A DNA stretch of 64,000 nucleotides, from assembly GCA_963827655.1 (NCBI GenBank), contig CAWHCF010000052.1:96001-160000 (forward strand), written 5' to 3'. The position numbers and the translations under genes were made by a program. This document shows positions 41,160 through 49,499 of this stretch, one piece after another; position 1 is the first letter of the stretch; each line of letters opens with the position of its first letter. Source of the DNA: an uncultured Acidobacteriota bacterium (GTDB taxonomy: Bacteria; Acidobacteriota; UBA6911). Under the pieces are notes generated by a model. That model was not told the DNA's origin. It ran no database searches and was given only the letters and a program-made list of their open reading frames with translations.

Positions 41160-42077
41160 ATGAAGGCTCACCGCGAGCGGAGCGAATCTCATGCCCCGCA
41201 CCGGCATACCAGCAACCGGGAACTTTTTCTGGCTCTCTGCATCACGGGTAGCTGGTTCGTTGTGGAGCTCCTGGCCGGGTTTCTCACCAATAGCCTGGCG
41301 CTTCTGGCCGATGCGGGTCACATGCTGACCGACCTTGCCGCGCTCTCATTGAGCCTGGTGGCAGTGAAGATCTCGGCCCGCCCCGCGACGCATGAAAAAA
41401 CATACGGCTATCTTCGAGCGGAGATCCTGGCCGCGCTCGCCAATGGAATTTTTCTGGTTCTGGTTGCCGTCTACATCTTCTATGAAGCGTACCGGCGGTT
41501 GATGGCTCCCCCCATCGTCAAGAGCGGAGCAATGCTGGCGGTAGCATCGGTCGGCCTCGTGGCCAATCTGGTTACCGCGGGCCTTCTTTACCGCAACCAG
41601 CACAAGAACTTGAATATTCGCGGCGCGTTTCTCCACGTAGTTGGCGACACGCTCGGCTCCGTCGGGGCGATCGCCGCCGGCATAGCCATGGTCGTGTGGC
41701 AGTGGTATCTGGCGGATCCGCTGGTGTCGGTTGTGGTCGCGGTTCTGGTGCTCTACAGTTCTTGGCAGCTGGTACGAGAGAGCGTGGATGTTCTGCTGGA
41801 AGGGACGCCGCGTCACCTGAATATTTCCAGCATTCTTGCCGATCTCGGCACTGTGCGGGGCGTGCTGTCGGTTCACGACCTGCACGTCTGGTCCATCACA
41901 TCGGGGATGCCGGCTATGAGCTGCCATATCATCATTCGAAGCGATGAAGATTCGTCGACCATTCTGGCGGCCCTGAGCCGGCTCATGAGAGAGAAACACC
42001 AGATTGAACACACCACGATCCAGATCGAGAGAGAAAACTGGGTTGTCCCCATGGTCGGATCAAAACCGCTCTTTTGA
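41160..42077 (+). CDS. Cation diffusion facilitator (CzcD/ZitB-like Zn/Co/Cd efflux)
   Basis: SLALLADAGHMLTD, AFLHVVGD, HDLHVWSI, HTTIQIE. Confidence 0.93.
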   Translation: MKAHRERSESHAPHRHTSNRELFLALCITGSWFVVELLAGFLTNSLALLADAGHMLTDLAALSLSLVAVKISARPATHEKTYGYLRAEILAALANGIFLVLVAVYIFYEAYRRLMAPPIVKSGAMLAVASVGLVANLVTAGLLYRNQHKNLNIRGAFLHVVGDTLGSVGAIAAGIAMVVWQWYLADPLVSVVVAVLVLYSSWQLVRESVDVLLEGTPRHLNISSILADLGTVRGVLSVHDLHVWSITSGMPAMSCHIIIRSDEDSSTILAALSRLMREKHQIEHTTIQIERENWVVPMVGSKPLF

Positions 42078-42087
42078 TTAGTTGGGC

Positions 42088-42156
42088 TGCGTGTCTTCGT
42101 GGTCAGGGCGGCGAAACAAATACCACTTGGGCACAAAGACACGAAGAAACACAAGA
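42088..42156. repeat. 9-mer REP-like element, copy D
   Basis: GTGTCTTCGTGGTCAGGGCGGCGAAACAAATACCAC..GCACAAAGACACGAAGAAACACAAGA. Confidence 0.75.
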
Positions 42157-42421
42157 GGCATTTCATTTTTTGATTGCAATTTCGCGGGCCGTGACTGAAA
42201 ATTCCCCTTTGTCCAATGACTACTCTCGCCATTTACTCGCTTGATTTCCCGCAAGCATTGCTCGCAACCGCTCGGCAAGTTTCGTGAGATCCATGTCTGC
42301 GTCTACACTCTCTACAAGCCGATGACGAGTCGACAGGATCATAGTTATTCCCGATGAACCGGCGAGCCCTCGGATTTCAACCGATAGAAAACTGTCCGTG
42401 CCCTATTCGAAGGAGAGCCTC

Positions 42422-43318
42422 ATGAAGGAGAAAGACGAAGGCCGGCCTTCCGGTCTGCGGCGAGTACTGGAAGACGAGCATCTGAGAGGTGATGATGATC
42501 CTCCGGCCTCTGCGACTCAATCGTTAGACACGCTCAAAGAGGGATACTCATGGGTGCGCTCGCTGGCGGCACGCTATCCTGGGTGGCACCTGGCCTCGGT
42601 CGACGGATTTCCGTTCACATTGCCCGTCAAGGGACTTTCCGAGTCACGAGTCTGCCTGATCAGTCTCGGAGGTGTCTATCGCAAGGGGCAAAAACCGTTT
42701 AACACCTCACCCGGCGTAGTTCCACCTCAGCTTCGCAACATGCGGTTTCGCGATCGAGGAGATTGGTCTGTTCGCGAGATTCCCGTCGACACCGACCCGA
42801 CGGAGCTCGAGATCGCCCATGCGCACTACGATCACAGCGACGCCGATGAAGACATCAACTGCGTGTTTCCGCTGGCTCGCCTGCGCGAATTGGAAGTGGA
42901 AGGTTTCATCGGTGAATGCGCCGACGTTCATTACGGCATGATGGGCTATATTCCCGAGGTGAAGCTCGTGCTTCAGACCGCCAGCGACGACATCATCCCG
43001 CGCTTGCAGCATCACAAGGTCGACGCGGTGGTAATAAGCGGAGGCTGCGAGCTAAGCCACCAGACCGCAGGCCTGATCCAAAGGGAGATCGAATCCGCCG
43101 GAATCCCCACGGTCGGAATCTCCGTATGCCAGGACATCACCTACCAGCTTCAAGTGCCGCGCGCAGCGGTCCTGGGATTTCCCCTGGGCAATCCCTTCGG
43201 CGCCGCGATGGATGCCACGATGCAATCTCGAGTTCTAAGAGACGGGCTCTCCCTCTTGCCGGGCGTTCAAACCCCCGGGGAAATCGTGAGGCTCCCCTAC
43301 GATTGGGTCAAAATGTGA
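42422..43318 (+). CDS. Glycine/betaine/proline reductase selenoprotein B (PrdB/GrdB)-family protein, cysteine variant
   Basis: HAHYDHSDADEDINCVFPLARLREL..G.IG, VDAVVISGGCELSHQTAGLIQREIESAGIPTV, VPRA..FPLGNPFG. Confidence 0.8.
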   Translation: MKEKDEGRPSGLRRVLEDEHLRGDDDPPASATQSLDTLKEGYSWVRSLAARYPGWHLASVDGFPFTLPVKGLSESRVCLISLGGVYRKGQKPFNTSPGVVPPQLRNMRFRDRGDWSVREIPVDTDPTELEIAHAHYDHSDADEDINCVFPLARLRELEVEGFIGECADVHYGMMGYIPEVKLVLQTASDDIIPRLQHHKVDAVVISGGCELSHQTAGLIQREIESAGIPTVGISVCQDITYQLQVPRAAVLGFPLGNPFGAAMDATMQSRVLRDGLSLLPGVQTPGEIVRLPYDWVKM

Positions 43319-43327
43319 GACGACCAA

Positions 43328-43904
43328 TCACGGTGCCGGCGGGCTTGGCGGCGGCGGCGGAAAATCCGTTGGCGGCGCGGGCGGATACGGTAGCGGCGGA
43401 GGTCCGCCGATGGCTCCGGGCTTGCGCTTTTCAAAGATCGCTACCCCGAGCGCGCCGCCCAGCATGCCTACGATGCTGTAGACGATCAGCGTAAAGAAAC
43501 CGCCCACAATGATGAAGAAAATTCCCGGCCCGCCCCCGTCGGCAAAAATCGAACCCAGGGCATCCTTCGTCTCCGGCGGAAGATTCGGTACTTGTTCGAG
43601 AGCTTCGCGCAAAGGCTCCATGAAATTCACGCCCATCCCTCTCATCATCAAATGCATCGGTATGGCAAAGAGGACATCGACGATGGCTCCGATAGCCCCG
43701 GTCAGCAGTCCCGAGGCCGACACCGCGACCGAGCGTGACCGCAACGGGAGAACTCTTCACATACAGGTTGGCAGCCAGCATGGTTCCACCAATCACCCAT
43801 GCGCAGCAAAGACAATTGAGCGCGCTCACGATCGGTATCGCCGACAGGATTCCTAATGTGACCCCTCCGATCAACGCCGGCTTGAGCATTCCTTCCTGGT
43901 TCAT
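43328..43904 (-). CDS. Membrane protein with Pro-rich tail (split by a +1 frameshift near 43711)
   Basis: PALIGG..LSAIP..NCLCCAW (frame 1) continues as GLLTGAIGA.. (frame 2); an extra G in CTC GGG A CTG. Confidence 0.75.
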
Positions 43905-44434
43905 GAGGCACCTCCTTGAGTGTGGGGAGCATTGACATGCGCCTGCTTCCAGGGAGCTTCACGCAGAAATTCCGAAACGCCCGGCACCAGCAGGAGCGAG
44001 AGCATGGCGCCGAAGAGGAAGCCCGTCGCGAAACGGCTTGGAGGTCCATTGGTCCAGACCCCGGTGAATGGAAGCATTACATCCAGCATGAGTGGAAGCG
44101 TCATCCCGACGACAACGGATCTGCGGGTCGAAGGGCGTACGAGTTTCTCAAAGGCCCTCCGATGAAACAGCGCGCCAGCAAAGAGTCCGAGATAAATTCC
44201 CGAACACCTCTGGCAGACCGCCCAGGGATACTCCCACAGAGTGAACGATCTTTCAGGAAGCTGATGGCAAACGGGAGCGAACACCAGATAGACGAACCCG
44301 GCCGCGGTCGAGCGACCTTGGGCCCTGCCGATCGGGGCCGCCAGGATCAATCCACAGACCAGCCCCCACAGCGCGATGAGAAAAAGCCGCGGCAGGTTGG
44401 CGCTCACCAAACGCATGAAAGATATCAGAGTCAT
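43901..44434 (-). CDS. DUF2085-type membrane protein
   Basis: CHQLPERSF and CQRCSGIYLG motifs, RFATGFLFG. Confidence 0.8.
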   Translation of the reverse strand: MTLISFMRLVSANLPRLFLIALWGLVCGLILAAPIGRAQGRSTAAGFVYLVFAPVCHQLPERSFTLWEYPWAVCQRCSGIYLGLFAGALFHRRAFEKLVRPSTRRSVVVGMTLPLMLDVMLPFTGVWTNGPPSRFATGFLFGAMLSLLLVPGVSEFLREAPWKQAHVNAPHTQGGAS

Positions 44435-44572
44435 GTCACCTGGTTTTGTGTGTCGGCGCGATCAGGCTGCGCCATTATAACCAAACGGCTCGACAATGCC
44501 AGCGTCGCGTTGCTTCGTTTGGCAGGCATTGCACGAGGGACCCCAACAAAACCGCGAAACTTTTTCTGCCGG

Positions 44573-44589
44573 CTGGCATCTCTCTTGCA
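44573..44589 (+). promoter_or_regulatory. Putative sigma54 (-24/-12) promoter
   Basis: CTGGCATCTCTCTTGCA matches YTGGCA-N6-TTGCW with exact GG-N10-GC spacing. Confidence 0.6.
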
Positions 44590-44677
44590 TCGGCAAAGTT
44601 CCATGGTTAGGACCGCAAGATTTGGTGTTAACAGCGAGTGCTTATCCACTATCTTGTGTTAATCATCGAAATAAACC

Positions 44678-44706
44678 TTGACAACTTTTTGTGATTCACT
44701 TATACA
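44678..44706 (+). promoter_or_regulatory. Putative sigma70 promoter
   Basis: TTGACA-N17-TATACA just upstream of the ATP-grasp operon. Confidence 0.55.
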
Positions 44707-44725
44707 CAAGCAAATGCGAGGGCGG

Positions 44726-45748
44726 ATGCAAATTGGATTGACGTACAACATGAAACGCGGAGCATCCGATGAAGCTCAGGACCCTCCAAGTAGTCGCGTT
44801 GAGGTTCAAGCCGAGTGGGATGATGCGGAAACCATCGAAGCAGTTCAACGCGCCCTCGCCCAACGCCACGACGTAGTTCTCATTCACGCAACTGAAAACC
44901 TCTACGACATTCTTCGCGACCGCCGTCCGGACATTGTCTTCAACATAGCTGAAGGCGAGTTCGGTCCTTGTCGCGAAGGACACGTTCCGTCGATTCTCGA
45001 GTATCTGAATATTCCTTACACGGCGAGCGACCCGCTTGCGCTCAATACGTGCCTGGACAAGGCTCGCACCAAAGAGATCCTCGCGTTTCACGGGTTACCC
45101 ACCGCGCGCTTCCGAGTCGTTTCGGAGAAGAGCTTCTCCTTCAACAGTCTTCACTATCCCTTGGTGGTGAAGCCGCTGTATGAGGGATCGAGCATCGGCA
45201 TCCGAAACGATTCTCTGGTGCGAACCCGGCAGGACATGCGTGAACGGGTTTCGTGGCTGCTGGATCGGTACAACGAACCGGCCCTGGTCGAGGAGTACCT
45301 TGGCGGCAGGGAATTCACCGTGGCGATTCTCGGCAATGGCGAGAGCGCGCGGGTCCTACCCATCATAGAAATCAAACTTGATTCTCTGCCCAGGGGTGTC
45401 AATCCAATCTACTCCTTCGAAGCCAAGTGGATTTGGGACAACAGCAGCAAACCGCTGGACATTTTTGAATGCCCGGCGCGATTGGATGCTGACCTGCAAG
45501 CCGAGATCGAGCGTATCTGCCTGAAAGCCTATCGCCTGCTTCGATGCCGCGATTGGTGCCGGGTCGATGTGCGCCTGGATTCCGAAAACCGTCCTCATAT
45601 CCTGGAACTCAATCCGCTTCCGGGCATTCTTCCTCGCCCCGAAAGCAATTCCTGTTTCCCGAAAGCGGCCCGGGCAGCGGGGTTGACGTTCGATCAGCTT
45701 ATCAATACGGTTCTCGATCTGGCTTGCCAGCGTTACGGATTAGGGTGA
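44726..45748 (+). CDS. D-Ala-D-Ala ligase-like ATP-grasp enzyme 1
   Basis: VKPLYEGSSIGI, EEYLGGREFTV, RVDVR, LELNPLPG; lacks the N-terminal GGxSxE motif of true Ddl. Confidence 0.88.
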   Translation: MQIGLTYNMKRGASDEAQDPPSSRVEVQAEWDDAETIEAVQRALAQRHDVVLIHATENLYDILRDRRPDIVFNIAEGEFGPCREGHVPSILEYLNIPYTASDPLALNTCLDKARTKEILAFHGLPTARFRVVSEKSFSFNSLHYPLVVKPLYEGSSIGIRNDSLVRTRQDMRERVSWLLDRYNEPALVEEYLGGREFTVAILGNGESARVLPIIEIKLDSLPRGVNPIYSFEAKWIWDNSSKPLDIFECPARLDADLQAEIERICLKAYRLLRCRDWCRVDVRLDSENRPHILELNPLPGILPRPESNSCFPKAARAAGLTFDQLINTVLDLACQRYGLG

Positions 45749-46788
45749 TGGGCCGATACGACTGCGTTGTACTGTTCAACGAAGCTACGATTGAAGAAAT
45801 CGAGGGCTCGCAGGAAAAGACGTACCCCTCGACGGTTCTGCGCGAAGAAGTAACCGCGATCGAGGAAGTCCTCCGCGAAGGGGGATTTAATCCTTACGTT
45901 TTCGCGGTCGAGAGTTTTTCCAAAGAATTCGTTCAGACCCTCTCGAAGCTCTCTCCCAAGTTTGTCTTCAACCTCTGTGAGCAGCTCAACGGAAAACCTG
46001 AGCTCGAGATGTGCGTGGCCGGGCTTCTGGACCTCATGGCAATACCGTACACGGGATCCGGGCCGCTCACGCTGGGATTGGCTCTGAGCAAACATCAGGT
46101 CAAACCGATGCTGCGCGCCGCCGGCATCGCCAGCGCAAGAGGCTATGTGCTTGCCCGCGGCCAGAAACCTGATCGTCGTTGGGCGCGCTTCCCGGTCATC
46201 GTCAAGCCGGCGCACGAGGACGGCAGCCTCGGAATCAACTCCAGTTCGGTTTGTTACGATTTTGCGCAACTCGAAAAACAAGCCGCGTACATCCATGAGA
46301 TTTACGTCCAGGAGGCCCTGATAGAAGAGTATCTGGACGGTAGAGAGTTTAATGTCTCTGTCCTGGGGGATCGCGCGCCTGAGGTTCTTGCCATTTCGGA
46401 AATCGATTTCAGCGGCATGCCGGAGGATGAACCCAAGATTGTCAGCTATCGGGGCAAGTGGGACGAGGAAAGCCCGATGTATCGAGGCACGGTGCCAATC
46501 TGCCCCGCCATCCTTTCCAAGCGCTTCGAGAATCGCATCAAGGACATCGCGCTGCGCAGTTACAAGTGTGTGGGCTGCCGCGACTACGCGCGTATTGATA
46601 TGCGCACGGATGCGGAGGGGCGGCTCCACGTCTTAGAGGTAAATCCCAATCCGGACATTTCACCCGTGGCAGGTTTCGCGCGCGCAGCCAAGGTGGCGGG
46701 TTACTCCTACTCGGACATCATACTGCGGATCAGTCAATTTGCCATCGAGCGAGGTGCAACCATCGCATCAACCGTGTATGCGTTCTAG
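45748..46788 (+). CDS. D-Ala-D-Ala ligase-like ATP-grasp enzyme 2
   Basis: VKPAHEDGSLGI, EEYLDGREFNV, ARIDMR, LEVNPNPD; TGATG overlap with gene 1. Confidence 0.88.
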   Translation: MGRYDCVVLFNEATIEEIEGSQEKTYPSTVLREEVTAIEEVLREGGFNPYVFAVESFSKEFVQTLSKLSPKFVFNLCEQLNGKPELEMCVAGLLDLMAIPYTGSGPLTLGLALSKHQVKPMLRAAGIASARGYVLARGQKPDRRWARFPVIVKPAHEDGSLGINSSSVCYDFAQLEKQAAYIHEIYVQEALIEEYLDGREFNVSVLGDRAPEVLAISEIDFSGMPEDEPKIVSYRGKWDEESPMYRGTVPICPAILSKRFENRIKDIALRSYKCVGCRDYARIDMRTDAEGRLHVLEVNPNPDISPVAGFARAAKVAGYSYSDIILRISQFAIERGATIASTVYAF

Positions 46789-47281
46789 TCGCCAGCGGCC
46801 AATCGCGATCAGGCCGCTGACCTCCCTGGATCGACCTGCTGTTTCGGAGATCGTCACGCTGGTCGGAAACTTCAATCAGGCCGAAATCGACTGTGCGCTG
46901 GAATTGATCGACATCTATCTCCGGGATGTCGGCCAGCGCGACTACAGAGTGGTGGTGGCCGAAGATTCCGGACCTCTCGTACAGTCTTATGCCTGCTGGG
47001 GTCCCACTCCGCTCACTCGCGGCACCTATGACCTCTACTGGATTGCAACACACCCGAATGCTCAGGGAAAAGGGTTTGGCCGCGCGCTGATGTCTTTCGT
47101 GGAGGTCAGCGTGGAACACGAAGGCGGCCGGCTCCTGGTCGTAGAAACATCCTCCAAGGAATCATATGGAAGTACTGCCGCGTTTTATCGAAGCCTCGGG
47201 TATGAACAGGCGTCGCGCATCCGAGACTTCTATGACATGGGCGACGACAAGTTGACTTTTGTGAAGCGATTTCCCCGGTAA
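46778..47281 (+). CDS. GNAT family N-acetyltransferase
   Basis: DLYWIATHPNAQGKGFGRALM (acetyl-CoA motif A), VETSS, FYRSLGY. Confidence 0.9.
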   Translation: MRSSRQRPIAIRPLTSLDRPAVSEIVTLVGNFNQAEIDCALELIDIYLRDVGQRDYRVVVAEDSGPLVQSYACWGPTPLTRGTYDLYWIATHPNAQGKGFGRALMSFVEVSVEHEGGRLLVVETSSKESYGSTAAFYRSLGYEQASRIRDFYDMGDDKLTFVKRFPR

Positions 47282-47296
47282 GGAGACCGTACGACA

Positions 47297-48382
47297 ATGG
47301 AACAATGGATGCTTGATCTCAGGAACAGCGTCACCAAGGGAGAGACTGTCAGCGAAGACTATGACGCCGACATAGGAAGCATCAACGAGGTGCGGAAGGT
47401 CTATCCCATGCGGATCCCACGTTACTACTACAACCTGATCCAGGAAAAGGGCGATCCTATCTGGCTGCAGTCGGTGCCTGCCGCCCAGGAATCGCAAGAC
47501 GAACAAGCGCCGGAAGACCCTCTCCACGAGGACGCAGACAGTCCGGTTCCGCGTCTCACCCATCGCTATCCCGATCGCGTTCTCTTTCTAATCACCGATC
47601 GCTGTCCCATGTACTGCCGGTTCTGCACACGCAAGCGCATGGTCGGTCGCGCCAGTGACATTACGGAAAAGACGATCGAAATGGGAATCGAGTATATTCG
47701 CCGACATCCGGAAATTCGGGACGTCCTGCTCTCGGGAGGCGATCCGTTGATGGTCAGCGACGCCAAGCTCGAGCATATCGTCTCCAGCCTGCGCGCGATT
47801 CCGCACCTTCAAGTCATTCGTATCGGTACGAAATTTCCCTGCGTTCTACCCAGCCGGATCACGGATAACCTTTGCAACATGCTGAAGAAGTATCATCCGA
47901 TCTATGTGAATACCCACTTCAATCATCCGCGAGAAATCACGCCGGAAGCAAAGGAGGCCTGCGAGCGGCTGGTCAACGCCGGCATTCCTGTGGGTTGTCA
48001 AACCGTGCTCATGAAGGGAGTCAACGATGATCCGGCGGTCATGAAGGATTTGATGCACAAGCTGCTCATGATGCGCGTGCGCCCCTATTATCTTTACCAG
48101 GCCGACCTGACGCGCGGAACCAATCACTTCAGAACCCGCGTCGAAGTGGGATTGCAGATCATTCAAGCCTTGCGCGGCCACACTACCGGTTTTGCCGTTC
48201 CTCAGTTCGTCATCGACGCTCCCGGCGGCGGGGGAAAGATACCGCTGATGCCGGAGTATGTTCAGAAGTTCGACGAGAAGGAAATCGTCCTGAAGAACTT
48301 CGAGGGTAAAGAGTACCGCTACCCCCAGGTCAGTGACGAGTACGTCAGGGACGCGCGCGAAATGGAATTGATCAACTTCTAG
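47297..48382 (+). CDS. KamA family radical SAM/PLP aminomutase (lysine 2,3-aminomutase-like)
   Basis: HRYPDRVL, CPMYCRFCTR, SGGDPL, HFNHPRE, YQADL, IDAPGGGGKIP (PLP lysine). Confidence 0.92.
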   Translation: MEQWMLDLRNSVTKGETVSEDYDADIGSINEVRKVYPMRIPRYYYNLIQEKGDPIWLQSVPAAQESQDEQAPEDPLHEDADSPVPRLTHRYPDRVLFLITDRCPMYCRFCTRKRMVGRASDITEKTIEMGIEYIRRHPEIRDVLLSGGDPLMVSDAKLEHIVSSLRAIPHLQVIRIGTKFPCVLPSRITDNLCNMLKKYHPIYVNTHFNHPREITPEAKEACERLVNAGIPVGCQTVLMKGVNDDPAVMKDLMHKLLMMRVRPYYLYQADLTRGTNHFRTRVEVGLQIIQALRGHTTGFAVPQFVIDAPGGGGKIPLMPEYVQKFDEKEIVLKNFEGKEYRYPQVSDEYVRDAREMELINF

Positions 48383-48615
48383 GGTTCGCGCAGAAATAAG
48401 TTCGCATTCTGCTGCAGGCCCCCAGGCCCGCTGGCGAGGCGCGAGCGACGATGCGTACCCGGCGCGGTACGTGAGGAGCGAGCAACAAAGCCAGCGGGCC
48501 TGCGGGCCGCAGCCCGAAGGGGCGCGATCCTAGCGTAATTGGCTGACAGAAAACCGGTTCATGATTGACCGCCGACTCTCGCGCCAGAATGTGAAGTTAT
48601 TTGTGCGCGAGCCCT
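48381..48615. mobile_element. MITE copy 3
   Basis: Same TIRs; TA-GGG...CCC-TA flanks; the left junction forms the TAG stop of the KamA gene. Confidence 0.88.
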
Positions 48616-48627
48616 AGGGGGGGTCGG

Positions 48628-49407
48628 ATGAAAGTTGCGGCCGTCATCCCGGCCCGGATGCAATCGGCCAGGTTGCCTGGGAAGCCGCTTCAACTGATCT
48701 CGGGCGTTCCCATGATTCTTCGAGTCCTTGACCGGGCCCGGGCCTGCCCGGAGTTGCATCGGATCATAGTGGCGACGGACAGCGAAGAAATTCTTCGCGT
48801 GGTCGAGGAGAATGGGGGCGAAGCATGGATGACTTCTCCTGAGCACCGGACGGGGTCCGATCGCGTCGCTGAAGTTGCCGAAAGGCTCGACGAGGACCTG
48901 ATCCTGAATCTGCAAGGGGATGAGCCGCTCCTTCCCATCTCTACCGTTCGCGCTCTGGTAAACCATGGGCTCGCGCGCGAAGGATTGACCATGGCTACCG
49001 CGGTAATTCCACTTCGCTGGGAGCGCGATGTGGTCAATCCCAACATTGTGAAAGCGGTGGGCACGCAAGAGGGAAGGGCTCTCTATTTTTCCCGGTACCC
49101 GATTCCTTATTGCAAGTCGAAGCCGCTGGATCTGACCGCAGGTCCGCATTCGCAGCGCGCCTGCGCGGGTTACTTCAAGCATATCGGAATCTATCTGTAT
49201 CGCCGGGACTTCCTGCTGAAGTATATAAGGCTGGCTCCCACTCCTCTCGAGATCGCGGAATCACTCGAACAGCTTCGCATCCTGGAAAACGGATATCCGA
49301 TCGATCTGGTCACGGTCGCCGAGGATTCGGTGAGCGTGGACACGGCGGAAGATCTCGCGATTGTTGAGGCTCTGATCAAGAGCTGCGAGAAAAACTCGAC
49401 CGCCTAA
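48628..49407 (+). CDS. kdsB: 3-deoxy-manno-octulosonate cytidylyltransferase
   Basis: IPARMQSARLPGKPL, GSDR, QGDEP, ALYFSR, HIGIY, ESLEQLR. Confidence 0.96.
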   Translation: MKVAAVIPARMQSARLPGKPLQLISGVPMILRVLDRARACPELHRIIVATDSEEILRVVEENGGEAWMTSPEHRTGSDRVAEVAERLDEDLILNLQGDEPLLPISTVRALVNHGLAREGLTMATAVIPLRWERDVVNPNIVKAVGTQEGRALYFSRYPIPYCKSKPLDLTAGPHSQRACAGYFKHIGIYLYRRDFLLKYIRLAPTPLEIAESLEQLRILENGYPIDLVTVAEDSVSVDTAEDLAIVEALIKSCEKNSTA

Positions 49408-49499
49408 GCGTTTCGGTCAACCTGTCGCGGTTGACCTTGCACTCAAGCGGTTCGGTCTGTAATCTGTTCAGTTCGGCTTGAGTGAAGTCAGGAGGCACG

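Noticed and set aside
42422-43318. Selenocysteine read-through in the PrdB-like gene
   Set aside because: The codon is TGC and the ORF is uninterrupted.
44642-44708. DnaA-box-like 9-mers (TTATCCACT, TTATACACA) suggesting oriC
   Set aside because: Only two boxes, one coinciding with a -10 element; no dnaA/dnaN context.
44726-46788. Ordinary cell-wall ddl or vancomycin-resistance ligases
   Set aside because: They lack the N-terminal GGxSxE motif; no mur/fts or vanHX context.
47297-48382. KamA gene as EF-P modification enzyme EpmB
   Set aside because: It has the LAM-type DAPGGGGKIP segment, and no efp or epmA is adjacent.
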